59,030 bases of DNA, filler included, from Sluysia triapertura (GCA_046118255.1; 4 parts of 4 records of this genome joined end to end with filler, not necessarily neighbours in it), one strand, 5' to 3'; shown: positions 1 through 14,350, numbered from the whole stretch's first letter. The notes: a model not told the origin generated them from the letters alone. A program made the numbers and translations.

Positions 1-327
1 TTTAATATCCGTTTGAATAATTACATAAATAAACTTCCTTTATTTTTTCGTTTTTTAAAATGATTGACGTTTAAAGTGAACTAATTATATACTGATTAAG
101 AAATTAAAATAAAAAATTTTTTTAAAATTATTTACAAATTAATTTTATTTTTACACAGATATTATTAAAATTTTTATACAACTTTTATTAAGATTATTTA
201 CATTATTATTAATCACATATTAATCTTAAACCTAACATTTTAATTATTATCAATTTTACAAAGAAAAGCTTTTATCAAAGAATAAAAAATTATCACAATA
301 TTATCGTTTTAAATTATTTCATTTTAG

Positions 328-482
328 AGCCTTTATTATTTCATGCAATAAGTAATGAAACTGCAGCCTCTCTTTTAACATCCATTCTTGTCAGCTATGA
401 TGCTCATGCTGATTTGGTGTCAATTTCTTATCAAAATGCTATACACAAAGCTGTTCGAGTTTGCAAACCTGATATTGTCAAG
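328..482 (+). CDS. Isolated coding exon of an ankyrin-repeat protein
   Basis: TTTTAG acceptor (ends 327) and GT donor (483). Stop-free frame PLLFHAISNETAASLLTSILVSYDAHADLVSISYQNAIHKAVRVCKPDIVK resembles the ankyrin consensus (PL..A....LL..GA..D.....T.LH.A......IVK). Too short for the ORF track. Confidence 0.6.
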
Positions 483-984
483 GTTACATAATTGTACATG
501 TTCATTCAACTATAAAAAAATCAGAAAAAAAATCATATTTACGCATAATTAAAACTTTTATTATTCGTTAATTAATAATTTTTGCATTAATAATTTTTAA
601 TTAATAATAAAATAATGGATGAAATATTTTGAATTCGTAATAATGTTTAATTTTGTGCAAATTTATGATTCTCTGATGGTTCCAAAAATCGTAATGAATG
701 GTGTTCGATTCCAATACTACAAGAATTTTAAAGTATGATCTTTCATGATTATTTTTCCCGATAAAATTTTTAACGATAAGAATTGTTTAATTATTTAATT
801 ATTATCTTTATCAAAATTTTGAAATTAAATTTTATGATTTTCAAGTAATTAATTTTTTAGAAATAGTTTATTTTCCTTTTATGTGCAGAGCGCTGTTCAA
901 ATATACTTTAACTATACTTGATTTTGTGTAATAATAATAATACCTGCAAGGTCTTGCTTTTTTAATTTTGTATGTTTTAATTGA

Positions 985-1032
<48 letters not shown>
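985..1032. repeat. (ATT)n microsatellite (others at ~18199-18262, 19178-19240, 29567-29635, 35452-35505, 45216-45265, 46905-46972)
   Basis: Directly visible trinucleotide runs. Confidence 0.95.
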
Positions 1033-1036
<4 letters not shown>

Positions 1037-3349
1037 ATTATTCTCATACTTGCAGATAATATAAACGTTTCGACATTCAATATTTAATTTTATTTATTAA
1101 TTTAAAATTCGATGATGTTTAGCTCATCCTTTATTTGTGTGACACTATTTTGTATTATCGTTTCAAAGATAGCGTAAATATGATTTTTACTTTAATAACT
1201 TTTAAATTTGTCTTATCATTTGTACCTTAGACTTGCTTATAAATGAATCCAAGTAACTAATAAAAAAACTAATTTTATTAACTGAAATAAAATACAATAG
1301 GATCAATACCAGAAACTATTCTTAATAAAACCCGAAAACTTTGACGAATATGTTAGCTGTTTTTAAGTAAGATTTTTTAGAATTTTTTAGACTGCCTAAT
1401 AATATTATAGAATACAGAAAAATATTGTAGAATATCTTTGAGTATTTTGGAATGAATATTACACTTTGTTTCAATAATTTTGATTAATAATAATTCCCGG
1501 ATAACAGCAACAATTAATAAACTTTTGATCTTTATATAATATTTATATAGTCCATAATAACTTATAGCCAATAATTATTTAATTTTCATGATGTAGTATC
1601 TTCATTATAATTAACTTCCATTTAATTCAATGTTGTGCTACCCTGCCAATTTAGTTCTATAATAATTTACATGTATTTGTTCTTATATATGTCTAGATAT
1701 TTTAAATTATGTGCAACACAATTTTCATTATAATCTTTGTAATCTGTGTTCTAATTTTTGTATGCTTTTATATTTAAATAAAAATAATCTTTTTTATATT
1801 TACAAATTGGTCCACCAACAACAATATCTTTTAATTCTTCTTTTCTTTTGACTTATAGGATCTTAATCTTTCTCTTTGAATATTTCTTATCCTTAAAAAT
1901 TTCTTAGAATCTTCTTTGTTCTTTGATATTCTTTCTTTAGTTTTCTTTCTAATTATTGTTAAAAAGATACAGAAAAATTATGAAGGAGTGTTGAAACTAT
2001 TGAACGAAATTCCATTTAATTTAATGATTTTTGATGTAATGAATGCATTAGATGTTATGGGAGTATGACTTTTAGTGTATTGTGATATAATAAAATTTTA
2101 TGTGAATAAGTTGACCACCATATTAAACATTTCATATTTTATAGAACCTTAAAGTTATATTGTTATTAATAAAAATAATAATAACTTAATAACTTTAGAT
2201 TTTAAAACTGTTTTAAATGCTTTTGTCTTTGTCTTGCTTTTATACTTAAGCTTGCTTATCTGGTATCGCTCGTTCACTCGTCGCAGATGGAACGATGGAA
2301 GTGAAAAATGTTGTTGCCTAGATTCTAAAAATTCAAGCTTTTCTCCTTAAAATCAAATAATACAAACTAAACTCACTAAAAGTTTATTTATTAAATGTAA
2401 GTAACAAATACAAAGTCTACAAAATAGTTCGGATAATATTCACGATATAAAATGTACCACACGTAGTTATATTTAGGGTGCTTACAAAATTCCTCTAAGA
2501 TTAAATTTAAATTTAACACTTGAATTATTTTAAATGTTATTCTGATGAAAATTCACTCACAATTAAAATCAGATATTAATGTATTTTAAATTGTAAAATG
2601 TCAAATACCTTGAGTCAGATACAATAAATACCTTGAACTCGAACAGTGGTTTTGCTATCTTCAATGTGTAACTTCTTCGGCAATTGCAAATAAGACCAAA
2701 TACCTTCAAATAATAATTGCAAATTGAATGAAACCATCTATATATACTTGATTCTCTCCATAATAACGACATCTTTCAATTTTTGCTATACAGTAATATA
2801 TAGTGTAATTACTTTTTTAATATTATTTCATATACACTATAGCTTATTATTTTTTGATAGTTTATATGTTATTATTTTTCCCTGTTAATTTTAATTACTA
2901 CTATTTCATTTACTTATTTGTTTATTATTATGTTATTAAATTTTATATGTAGAATAGTTAATTTAAATGAATTTTATATAGGAATTAATTTAAATTGGAA
3001 ATGAAGATTAAGCTAACTTTGAAATGAATTTATTTTATTTCTATTTATTTTAATTTTATATATTTTATTTTATTTACATTAATATAATAATTATAATATA
3101 TTAATTTAAATTGCTTTCATGTCTACTACAAAGTGAGTATTCAAAAGCGCTTAAAATAAATCATTCAAGATAACATTTCTGAAACAGAAATAACTTTGCA
3201 TTTTTCTTGAAAATGCAGTAGTAATCCGAACTCGAAAAAATTAAATTAAAATACATCTTTTTTAATTAATATTATGTTTTATTTTTATAATTTTGAATTG
3301 GAGGAGAAAAGCATTTAAATATGAAAATAAGATCATAATCTAATTTTCT

Positions 3350-3930
3350 TGATTCCCCAGAACATCAGATATCAACTTTAACAATACCATCGGAAGAAGA
3401 AGTACATGATATCGCTGGGATTGAAAAGGATCTCGATGATTTCATCGTTAAAATGAAAGAATCATTTTAATAACAAAATCGGCTAATGAACACATTACAT
3501 GCAATTATGTGTGTTCAAGCCAAACCACTAGTAAATCATTGTAAAACTGTAATTAATTATTTTTAGGTGCTTCATCAAGTTCTGTAAAATCACAAAGAAC
3601 ATTTTCAACATTTGACAAAAATACATCACTGATGACGATTGGGACAATTTATTGCTGCTCAAAAATATAATTAGTGCGTCAACTAGAAACTGGAGTATCA
3701 AACTATATAAAATTGTAGCTACCATCTAATTACTTGAAGCCTAATTAGTATAAATAATTTTTATTTAATCGTATATAGAGTATCTCTATACACTGCTCCT
3801 GAATTAATTTTATGGTATGAAGATTTATGATACAGGAAAATGAAGTTTCTCAGAGAAATAAATTGTAGACCAAAACGGTAATGGAAAACACATTTTCTGT
3901 GCAAATATTGCAACGAAGTAATAAGTTTAA
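3350..3930 (+). mobile_element. Highly decayed hAT-like transposase remnant
   Basis: Fragments AIMCVQA...SSVKSQRTFST...ITDDDWDNLLLLK resemble the hAT dimerisation motif (ATSV.SER.FS...L.D...L.FLK). A CKYC (BED finger-like) fragment lies near 3900. Many stops. Confidence 0.3.
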
Positions 3931-4681
3931 AAATAACTTTAATAAAATAAAATTAAAAAATAGAGTAATTATGGTTTAGTCGAAAATTTGTCAAGCAAGG
4001 CAAGAATTTCCACGTAACAAATTATTTTTAATAGTTTAATATCCAAAAGGAGTATTTTGTTTTAAACAAAGAGTACATAAGTATTAATTTATCATGAAGA
4101 ATTATAATTTTTAACTGAAAAAAACGATAGTTGTGGTATCGAATCAATTTTAGAAGCTATCAAGAACCCGAATGAATACTTAAATCTCGATTAGTGGTCT
4201 AATCATTAACTCTATTTATTTATTATCAAATGAACAAGCAATAGTTGATGATGCTATTATTATGAACTGAGATGATGATATTATTTTTATGTTCATTGTG
4301 AGTTATCAAAATCTAATAGAATTATCTGGCAAATGCAAAGCTGCACTAGTTGCATTTACTTAATTTTTACATTCACTTGTATTTTGAATATTCTGTTATT
4401 GTTTTAACATTATTAACTATGATAAGCAATTTAAATGAAAAACGATGTGATTATTATTATTTATTTATTTACGATACAATAATATTTTATGTTTATTAAA
4501 AGAAATTGAAGTATCAAGATCTAACACAACAATGGAAACTTAAGAATTTCAATGTAAGTTTGTAGGATTGTAGGATCGATGTGTGAGAATGTATTGGAAT
4601 TTATATTTTAAAATAATAAACTTGTATTTTAAATGGCATTTTAAAATAACAATAGAAAAAATCAAATGTATTTTGCTTCAG

Positions 4682-7600
4682 GTACATTACGACTTTGGAT
4701 TGAGGAATATTTTATCGGTTCTACGAACTCTGGGTCAGAATAAACGAGATAACCCGTCAGATTCGGAAGAAAAGATTGTAATGCGTGTTTTGCGAGATAT
4801 GAATTTAAGTAAACTAGTTGATCAAGATGAACCTCTTTTCATCTCTCTCATAAATGACTTGTTTCCCGGTATATCTATCGATAAAGGGACGTATCCGCAG
4901 CTGGAAGCATCTCTTCAAAAGCAAATATCAGAGGCAGGACTTATTAATCATCCACCATGGGTATTGAAATTGATTCAACTTTTTGAGACTCAGAGAGTCA
5001 GGCATGGCATGATGACTTTAGGACCATCAGGTGCAGGGAAAACATGCTGTATTCATATGCTAATGAAAGTAGGTTATTGTTGATTTGCTGATTGAGTTGT
5101 TTATTTTCAGGCTATGACAGAGTGCGGAGAAGTTCATCGAGAAATGCGAATGAATCCGAAAGCGATTACGGCACCGCAAATGTTTGGGAAATTGGATGTG
5201 GCTACGAACGACTGGACTGATGGAATATTCTCCACGCTCTGGAGAAGAACTTTGAAAGTGAAGAAGAGCGAGCATGTGTGGCTAGTTTTAGATGGTCCCG
5301 TCGATGCTATATGGATTGAGAATCTGAACTCAGTTAGTTGGGTTTTCCTATAGAAATAGAATTAGAAATGAGATGTATTTTGAGATGTATTTATCTAATT
5401 TTGGACTCTTGGGAAAACGTGATCAATAATTATTAACTGTGGTCCAGTGATCAATGTAGTACCACCAGTGAATAACGGTCATTAAATATTCTAATAAATG
5501 TGATATATTGGGTTGGTGCATAAATTCGTGCGGTATTATTTGTTGCAAAGAAAATACACAAACTTCTTGTTTTAACTGATTTGAGTTATATTCATTCAGC
5601 TGAATTATCTATTTAAATCAATTTAGACTAACCCTAACTAAAATGGCATCTACTCCTTTCTATTTTAATCAACATTTAAACGCTGCAGAAGCCACCAGAA
5701 TGATTTGTTGCGTTTATGGAGAAAAGGTAGTCAATGAACGAATAGCACAAAAGTGGTTTTCGAAATCATTAAGCTTCTTCAAACTGTAGATCGATTGTGG
5801 CTGAGATATTTGTTTTTTCTAATCATTGAATAAATTCATTTTGTTATCTGCAATTTTTTGTATGGTTTTTATTTTTGATCAGTATGCATTTTTCATAACT
5901 TATGCACTAACCCATTATTAAACTGAAGTGAAGATTGAATCATTTTGTGTTTCGAGTAAAGAGTCCTCTCTCTGGTGTACGTGTGTGTGTGTGTTATCCT
6001 GTATGAAAATGAAAATATTCCGAAAGAAACAGTAACCTCATCACACATCATTATAATAATGTACTTTCGAGAATTTCGACATGAAAGGAGAAGTTACAAG
6101 ATTATAATTTTCATATCTTTTGTGTACTTTGGTTTCCAGATGTGAGTAGATTGTTTTCTTTTAGTGACATTACCGAGATCTTAATTGATTGGGTTGTATA
6201 ATTTCACCCTGATGATTGTGGCTTATTATATGCACTTTCCATTTTAATAATGTTATATTTATTTCTTTTATTTCTTAAATTGTTTTGCATTTTACAAGTT
6301 ATTTTGACTACTTCCAATGGTAATTTTCAATTACTAGTCCTTGTGTGTACCGCTACTATTATACAACTTAAGAACTTCTTCTCTAGGTTTTAATTTACAC
6401 GTATTATTGATTGAAGAATATTTTTTGCCGATACGTGTTAATCAATATTTGTTTCCAATGTGGTCTTATTGAGATCTTCTATGTAAGGCTAGATAATGAT
6501 AGTTTTGCAACAATTAGACGAGATTCATGATCTCACTCTTGATTTATAAATTCTGAGTAGTTCTTCAGAAGATGATCCTCACAAGCGAGGCCGGCTCTAA
6601 AGACAGTTGACTTGTTGGGACTTGAATCCTTTCGACTGATCAGTTTCGTCATGACAAATGCGACATGTTCTTCTTTCACTTCAGCTACTTCCTTTTCAAT
6701 AATCAAAGAAAATCGAATTCAGAAAGGCCTTTTAATTTTGAATTTGCAACACTTGATATCTCAAAAATGACACACTTTCGAGGCTACATTCTCGACTACT
6801 TTCTGAGAGTAGTTCTTGTTCGTAGTATGACAGACTTGCAAAAACATCAAATGAATTTTCAAGAACTAAATTTAAATTAATTATGACTTCCATTTGACAC
6901 ATTGCTTTATAATTTTTTATCGAAATAAATAAACACATAGCAATATCTCGTCATCTCAACCGTACCTCCGACAGATATTGCCCGTTTCAAATCATCACAT
7001 CAACAATGTTCTGGATGGCTCACGTCTAGATTGTAATTTAATAATTAATTTGTCCTTTGTTGCAGTTTTATCAAAAACAGGAATAAGTTCCTCTTGTATT
7101 CTGTAAGATAAATAAGAACACAGTGCCAAATATTGCTTGACGATTCGGTCAATTCGTGCAAGTAATTACTCTTGAATGTCAAATTATGCTCGGATAAATA
7201 TAGACGCACTTTTATTTTTCAATTGATTTCGCATTTTGTTTGTCAGTAGTATTTTTCAGTTTTAATTTTGTTAAGTTTTCACAATTCATACATAATAGCG
7301 AATTTGTTAGTTCCAGTTAAACACACGTCGTAATTATTTTTAGAAAAAATTCTGCTATTTTTAACTTCGGAAAATCGTGGTTTCGTGTAATGGACATTCT
7401 AAAGTTATCAGTTATAAAATCTTTTATTTTGGGCACATTTTCCGGAGAATATTCATCCAACCGAAAAGATGCCATCTTTGTTGTCACCATAACATAAGAA
7501 AAGAGACTACCTGGCAATACAAACAATTCAAAGTACCTTTACGTCTACCAACCTTTTTTTTCAAAGTTCCATACTGCTCAAAATTATAATTTAATTTATT

Positions 7601-10600
7601 TTTGTTTATCTTAATCAATGTCGTATTCTTTTACTTGTTTTTTCTGAATAAAATTATATTTTGGTTATGCTTATAAAATAAATGTGTGTATTCATCATGA
7701 TATTACAATAAAATTAAATATGTTCTCAATATGTTAAAAAATTCAAATAAATCAGAACTCAAAGAATTTTAAATCATACTTAGAAATGTGAAGTTTTTAA
7801 ATTTTATATCGCTTCATTTACTTTAGATTTCTAGTCTTCGAATTCTTCGTCGATTAAATAGCAGTCAGTAAATGTTTTTCTTTAAAAATTGTATAATAGT
7901 TTCAAATAGCTCGTTAATTTTTTTTGTCAATTAATATTCATTTTTCAGCGGATTTTTCACGTTTTATTGACATCTGTGTTTGATTCCCGATATTTTTGAT
8001 TTCTATTTCACTGTTGAAAGGTATTTCTGATGTTTACGAAGATATTTTTAAAGTTTTTTGACCGTTCTATAATAATGTTAAGTTGAAACGTCGATGTGCG
8101 TGGATATTTATATATTGTAAAATAACTTTAATATAATTTCACACGATTTTTATTGAATTTCTTTATTTTCAAAAATATTTATAAGTTTAGAGAAATATTC
8201 AAAGATAATTTTAAATTGTAATCAGTGACCATAACTTATTAATTTAATCTTAAAATATTTCATTTTCCATTAAAATAGTAACTGAGTTGAAATCAGAATA
8301 GGAATACAATTTTTATAATTGAACAGATCTGCACATTTATCTCTTTTAACGATTTTCTAATTCTTACAATCATTTGATTGTTCGTGCATTATTTGGTGCG
8401 ACTTTCTACTTTAAATCCAATATCATAGAATGGTAATGAGCCGATTAACTCCTTATCATTATTACTGTTTTTATTTCAGGTTCTAGATGATAATAAAACT
8501 TTGACCTTGGCGAATGGTGATCGAATACCGATGAATCCGACATGTAAAATCATTTTCGAAGTGCACAACATAGACAACGCATCTCCGGCTACAGTTTCAA
8601 GAAATGGTATGGTGTACATGTCGAGCTCCGCGTTAGATTGGAAGCCTCTTCTTCAGGGCTGGTTGCTAGAACGATGTCCTTCGGAAAAAACATCATTAGA
8701 TGATTTGTTTACGAAATCGTTCCCTTTTATATACAGATATGTGTCACAAAACTTAGAATTCAAAATGGAAGTGCTAGAAGCTTTTGTAATACGTCAAGCG
8801 TGTGATCTTTTAGAAGGACTACTACCTCGAAAAGATGAAGACAGTTCAATGACATCGAGTTTGGCAAATAAAGACTCAAACTTATCACCGCAACACTACG
8901 AAAGATTGTACGTTTTCACAATCATGTGGAGCATTGGAAGTTTATTGGAGTGGGATGACAGATTGAAGTTGGAGCAGTTTCTACGGAAGGGAGGGGCTCT
9001 CGAGGCTGGCGTTAATCCTGAGTTTCATCTGGACCTTCCGGAAATCGATGCAGAAAGTGAAGATACGATGTTTGATTATTTTGTGAATGAAAACGACGGT
9101 AATTGGTGCCATTGGAATACGCGAGTGGAAGAGTACTTGTATCCCTCAGACAGCACACCTGAGTACGGATCCATACTGGTGCCGAATGTGGATAATGTGC
9201 GTACTGAATTTCTAGTCCACATTATTGCTCGTCAGCGAAAAGCAGTTCTGCTTATTGGTGAGTAGTCTGAAATATTTTTGTTGTTTCACTAAATGGAAAT
9301 TAAGGGTATAAGATTGAATTATGCAGCCATTGTGTGCAGCAGGACTTAGAAGAGCCGCCTTTCTGTGTAGTATTGTGAATGAACGAACTTCTTTTTTCGT
9401 TTGTCTTTGAAACTAGTTAACCCACCTGCTGATACATAATCAAATCAATTAAACTTGATTTTGATATTCAGGCGAGCAAGGAACTGCCAAAACCGTTATG
9501 TTGAACAAGTACATGACCAGCCATTGCGATCCAGAGACCCACACTTTTAAATCGCTAAACTTCTCTAGTGCTACCACCCCATACATGTTTCAGAGAACAA
9601 TAGAGAGTTTCGTAGACAAAAGAATGGGTAGCACATATGGCCCGCCGGCTGGAAAAAGAATGACGGTGTTCATAGACGATGTCAACATGCCGATTATTAA
9701 CGAATGGGGTGACCAGGTTACTTGATTTTATACTTTGATATTAGTGATTAATTTTCAGGTGGCCAATGAGATTGTTCGACAACTTCTGGAAGTGAACGGG
9801 TTTTATAATTTAGAACGGCCCGGTGATTTCACTAGCATCGTCGACATGCAATTCTTGGCAGCTATGATTCATCCTGGAGGAGGACGGAACGATATTCCAC
9901 AGCGTTTGAAGCGACAATTCTGTATATTCAACTGTACATTGCCTAGCAACACGAGTATAGATAAAATATTTAGCGTGATAGGACTGGGTCATTATTGTGC
10001 TGGGAGAGGATTCAAACAAAATGTAAGTAGTATGTGGCATTATTTATCTGTTATGCACATCAGACTGGTATAAAGTATTTCTTTTTGTGCAGTTAGACTA
10101 AATACATTTCAAATTTCTTTATTGAGGTCAGTTTTGTCCAAGTACCATAACGATTTAATGTGTATTTTAATGTTCGATTTGTTCTAAAAAATATTTTCAT
10201 TATTTCAAAAGCACAATTTGATGTTATCTTTTCTTGAATCGAATTAATAATATAAACTTAAATTTGGGGGGACGGATAGAGCGTTCTGACTAAGTTTTGA
10301 TAATACATGTATAATAAATAATGATAGACTCACCAAGACCTTATTTATTTGATTAATTTGATTTAAAGGTCGAACACATGGTTACTATGCTGGTGCCTAT
10401 AACCAGACGACTGTGGCAGCTGGTCAAGAACAAGATGCTACCGACTCCAGCCAAATTTCACTACGTATTTAATCTTCGCGACCTCAGCAGAATATGGCAA
10501 GGAATGATCAAAACTTTATCCGAGGTCATCGCAAACCCGCAGAAGTTGCTGAGCCTCTGGAAGCACGAGTGCAGTCGAGTTATTTCCGATAGGTTTGTTG

Positions 10601-13157
10601 ATTAATTCTAGTGATTAAACAAATTCTATTTCTCGAGTACTTTTACAGTGTTTATATTTACGAGTACGTTCTTCGTGACTCAATTTCTGCAAGTAGGGAA
10701 GTTGGAGTTAGTGAAATAAAATTACAATCGAATTTTTGATAAATCTTGATATATTTCTTCTCTCACTCTAAATTACACAAGATAGGGGCCGCACGACTTA
10801 TACGGATTCTCGAGAAACAATTGAAGCTTGTTAAATCGGTATTACATTTCCATTCCGCTATGTTCAACCATATTTTTATATAAATAAGGTTCTTAAATAA
10901 AAACAGAGGGTAGCACAATGGAGTAGATGAGTGAAATGCTATCGTTTCTATTAGTGAAAGTTGTCGAGTATTAATAATATTATTAACAAGCGCATGCGAC
11001 TTGAGAAAATGTTAATAATAATAAAGTTTATTGTAATTATAATCTTAATAACTGCGTTCTAGTTATGTTTAGATAGTGACTTTGTTTTCGAGTTTTCGAA
11101 CGTTTTCTCAAATCGTCCACATTGAGAGTAGACGAGGTATCTGGGAATGAGACTTAGAATGCAGAATGTATATTGATATACAGGGTCAGATGAGATCATG
11201 AATAAAATGCGTGCTTACTCATTTCTATTTTGATTTGTTTCATGTTCTATTTGATGCCCACATCATGGAAGAAAACAGGAAACAGCTTTCAGACTTTCAA
11301 AGACAAGTGATTATTCTTTTCAAAAGTGAAAATCCGACTTGGGGACTGATAATGTGTCTAGCTGTTACCGACTTTTATTCAACCATTACCAAGGCGTCAG
11401 TTTAATAATGTTGCAACTTTGAAACTAGAAGTTTCTGAAACAGTTGATATACGCCGAAAAAGAACGGGTCCAAAGAAATGACTTTCAGACGAGGCACGTG
11501 CCACAGTGAGAGATTTGGCTGTTTGACCTGTTCGACACGGTGCAATAAACAGACATCATTTCAGTCATTTCAGTCATTTCAGTCAATATATCGAAAACAT
11601 CAGTATTTGAAATTCTCAAAGAAAGTGAACTGAAATGTTATTGTCGAATAAAATAATTATTTTACAATTTATTTAATTTAATCGAGTGTGGTACACAAGT
11701 CTGCATCATGTAAACTTGACTAAACACGAATTAATATTTGCTTCTCATGTTTCTTCAGATTTGTGGAAGTGGACGATATCCACTGGTTCGAAAAATGCAT
11801 GAAGCGACTTCTAAGTGAAGAACTTTTTGATACAACTAAGAATTTGGAGGCCACTCACAAATTATTCGATCCTAATTATCTAGCTGATATATCCGAGTGC
11901 GTGTTGCAGTCAGAAGACTGGTACATGGACTTTATGAGGTTAGTCTGCTTGTATTGCAATGTATTTAATTTTAGAGATGCACCAGAAGCAACGGGAGAGG
12001 AGCCAGAAGATACCGATTTCGACATGCCTCGAGTTTATGAACCTGTTAGTAAAATAGATGCGTTATTTTTAATATATACACAGTTATCTAACGATTTTAA
12101 TTGACATGATCAAACATTCATTAAGTATTCGCAATATCGAATATTTTTAAATAGCACAATGTGTCCTATTTGAAGTTAGAGATCTTATATAGATTTATTT
12201 CTGAGGCCAACGTGGCGCATTCAACTGACAATTTATTGAATAATAATTAATGATTCTTATTCAGATTGAATCATTCCAGCAACTGAAAGAACGTCTGAAA
12301 TTCTTCGAGAGTCAATACAATGAAATAATCCGTGGTGCTCATATGGATATGGTCTTCTTTACAGATGCTATGACTCATCTTCTCAAAATTACCCGCATAA
12401 TCAGCACTCCACGAGGAAATGCGCTACTGGTAGGGGTTGGTGGATCTGGAAAACAAACTTTGACCAAACTGTCTAGTTTTATATGCGGGTATAAGACCTT
12501 CCAAATCACATTAACCAGGTCTTTATTAACATTAAATGTAAATCTAGTATACTATTGACTAAGACTAATTTAGGATGTTAAAATAATAAAATTATAAATT
12601 AATTCATCAATTACTGGTATCGATAAACCACTCGCTTAATTTATTTTTACTTTTATCTAATGTATTAAACAACAACATTATCACGAAAATTAACAGATGC
12701 AGTTAGGCGGCAAAGTAATTTGAAAATGTGTTAATTACAAATTGTGTAAATAATCACGTGACCAAATGTTGGGATTCGATGAATTTTCAATGTGTGATGC
12801 ATGGTGTGTCTGATATATTGAATGGGGAAACACGGATACTAGAAATAATAATAAATAGTTCATATAACACGAATTTGAATCTGTTCTCCTTTTAGATCCT
12901 ACAATGTTTCTAATCTACTCGATGATCTGAAGGCTCTTTACAGAACTGCTGGCCAGCAAGGTAAAGGTGTTACGTTTTTGTTCACGGACAATGAAATAAA
13001 AGACGAAGGATTTTTAGAGTACATGAACAATGTATTGTCATCTGGTGTTGTCTCGAATTTATTCGCTCGAGATGAAATGGACGAGATATGCCAAGAATTG
13101 ATTTCAGCTATGAAGAAGGAATATCCTCGTCGACCTCCGACGAATGACAACTTGCAG
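4682..13157 (+). CDS. DNAH5: Axonemal outer-arm dynein heavy chain (DNAH5/DNAH8 type), partial: 10 internal exons spanning end of AAA1 to AAA4
   Basis: GT-AG exons that splice in frame: 4682-5068, 5111-5332, 8480-9257, 9472-9716, 9759-10022, 10369-10592, 11759-11938, 11975-12044, 12265-12518, 12896-13157. Motifs: [14 protein letters not shown], Walker A GPSGAGKT (AAA2), [53 protein letters not shown] (AAA3, typical of DNAH5/8), [25 protein letters not shown] (AAA4). Truncated by the contig end. DNAH5 vs DNAH8 cannot be resolved. Confidence 0.95.
5508..5915 (+). mobile_element. Internally deleted mariner element in dynein intron
   Basis: TIRs TTGGGTTGGTGCATAA (5508-5523) and TTATGCACTAACCCAT (5900-5915), flanked by TA on both sides. 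Internal frame [29 protein letters not shown] is a mariner N-terminal HTH. Confidence 0.85.
6520..7600 (-). mobile_element. Decayed piggyBac transposase remnant in dynein intron
   Basis: Minus-strand fragments occur in piggyBac order across frameshifts: [11 protein letters not shown]...[44 protein letters not shown], and a C-terminal Cys-rich [16 protein letters not shown]...C...CEDH. Confidence 0.55.
11181..11650 (+). mobile_element. Tc1/mariner-superfamily 5' remnant
   Basis: TA|CAGGGT terminus. Frames [36 protein letters not shown] (GRPRK-like) and [18 protein letters not shown] are paired-HTH fragments. Contains a (CATTTCAGT)x3 micro-duplication. Confidence 0.55.
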
Positions 13158-13586
13158 GTTGCTTATGCTTGATTTACAACATTTTTAAGGAGTGTCTCAT
13201 CCAGGAAAAGTGGCTGGATCCATAATTTTCCGACCGATTTGTAGTTTTGTTTTTAAGAGCTCTTTAAGATTAACATTTTAATAACTGTTGTATTTAATAG
13301 CGAGATTGTAATGATAATGATAATGAGTCACGTTTTCAAGGCCAGCAATATCATGAATACAATCACATTAGAATCTTCTCAGTTTTAACATCTAGTGTAG
13401 GATGAGCTTCGTGATTGCAGGTGTGTGTGGCGGTAGAAGTTTAACACGAATATGGATTTATTAAGAAATTATGAAACATATAATTACGAAACATATAGTA
13501 ATAATAATAGTAATAATATAGTAATAATAATAATAATAGTAACAACAATAATAATAGTAATAATAGTAGGAATACTAATACAACTA

Positions 13587-13686
13587 NNNNNNNNNNNNNN
13601 NNNNNNNNNNNNNNNNNNNNNNNNNNNNNNTTAATTAATTAANNNNNNNNNNNNNNNNNNNNNNNNNNNNNNNNNNNNNNNNNNNN
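13587..13686. other. Artificial contig spacer (44N-TTAATTAATTAA-44N)
   Basis: Identical 100-nt structure occurs three times. The palindromic core gives stops in all six frames. Confidence 0.95.
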
Positions 13687-13749
13687 TATTTTTCTAAATA
13701 CTAAAACATCCATTGAACTTTGATCGAGTTATAGGATAAAAGTGAAGTT

Positions 13750-14350
13750 ATGATCGAGAATTCTTAATTGCTCATGAAATATAATCTGGCATATAGCCAA
13801 GTTAAAGTAATTTTTATGATGTAAGATTATAGGCTTAAGGGCTTATGTACATTACTTTTAAGACACAACGTCACACGACTACAAACTACAAAATGACAAG
13901 TACTCTGAACATTATAATAAAATTTATAAAAGGCAATAAACAATGAGAATAGAGTATAAATCGCATCATTTAATTGTTATATTTGGTTTGAACGATGCTC
14001 TATTGTTCTCGATAAATAAAATTAACCAACTGAAAGGAAATAGCCATTGACAAAAGCGTGTGATTGAATTTGAGAAACCGTATAAGCATATTTAATTTGA
14101 ATGTAAAATTGAGGTAGCATGTAAATATTAAGAAATCATGGTCTCGGCATTTATGGACTTAAGGACCTTAATGAAGTCAATATTAACCTTATGACTTAAA
14201 GTCGGAACTAACTTTCAAGATTAAAACTTGAACATACGTTTTGGTTGCTCAATTACTAGTCGATAAGCATAACTTTGTCTAATTAAATTGATATTGATTG
14301 TAAAGTGAAACGTTTATAAACGAACTAAAAAACCTGGAGTCCAAGTCACT
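13750..14350 (+). mobile_element. Highly decayed LTR-retrotransposon integrase-like remnant
   Basis: Fragments FLIAHEI.SG, KSWSR..MDL.GP and YVLVAQLLVD resemble the gypsy integrase HHCC and core start (PWSRIHMDF.GP, YILV.VD). Confidence 0.3.

Noticed and set aside
868-1080. Poly-Ile/poly-Leu ORFs (also 13452, 36499, 45657, 28720)
   Set aside because: Translations of (ATT)n/(TTA)n microsatellites and AT-rich DNA.
6625-6690. Hammerhead ribozyme (minus strand GAAACTGATCAGTC with palindromic stem III)
   Set aside because: No CTGANGA core at the right position. The sequence is explained as the piggyBac Cys-rich domain ([12 protein letters not shown]).
13631-13642. TTAATTAATTAA as a biological repeat or CRISPR-like unit
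   Set aside because: Always centred in exactly 44+44 Ns, so it is an assembly linker.
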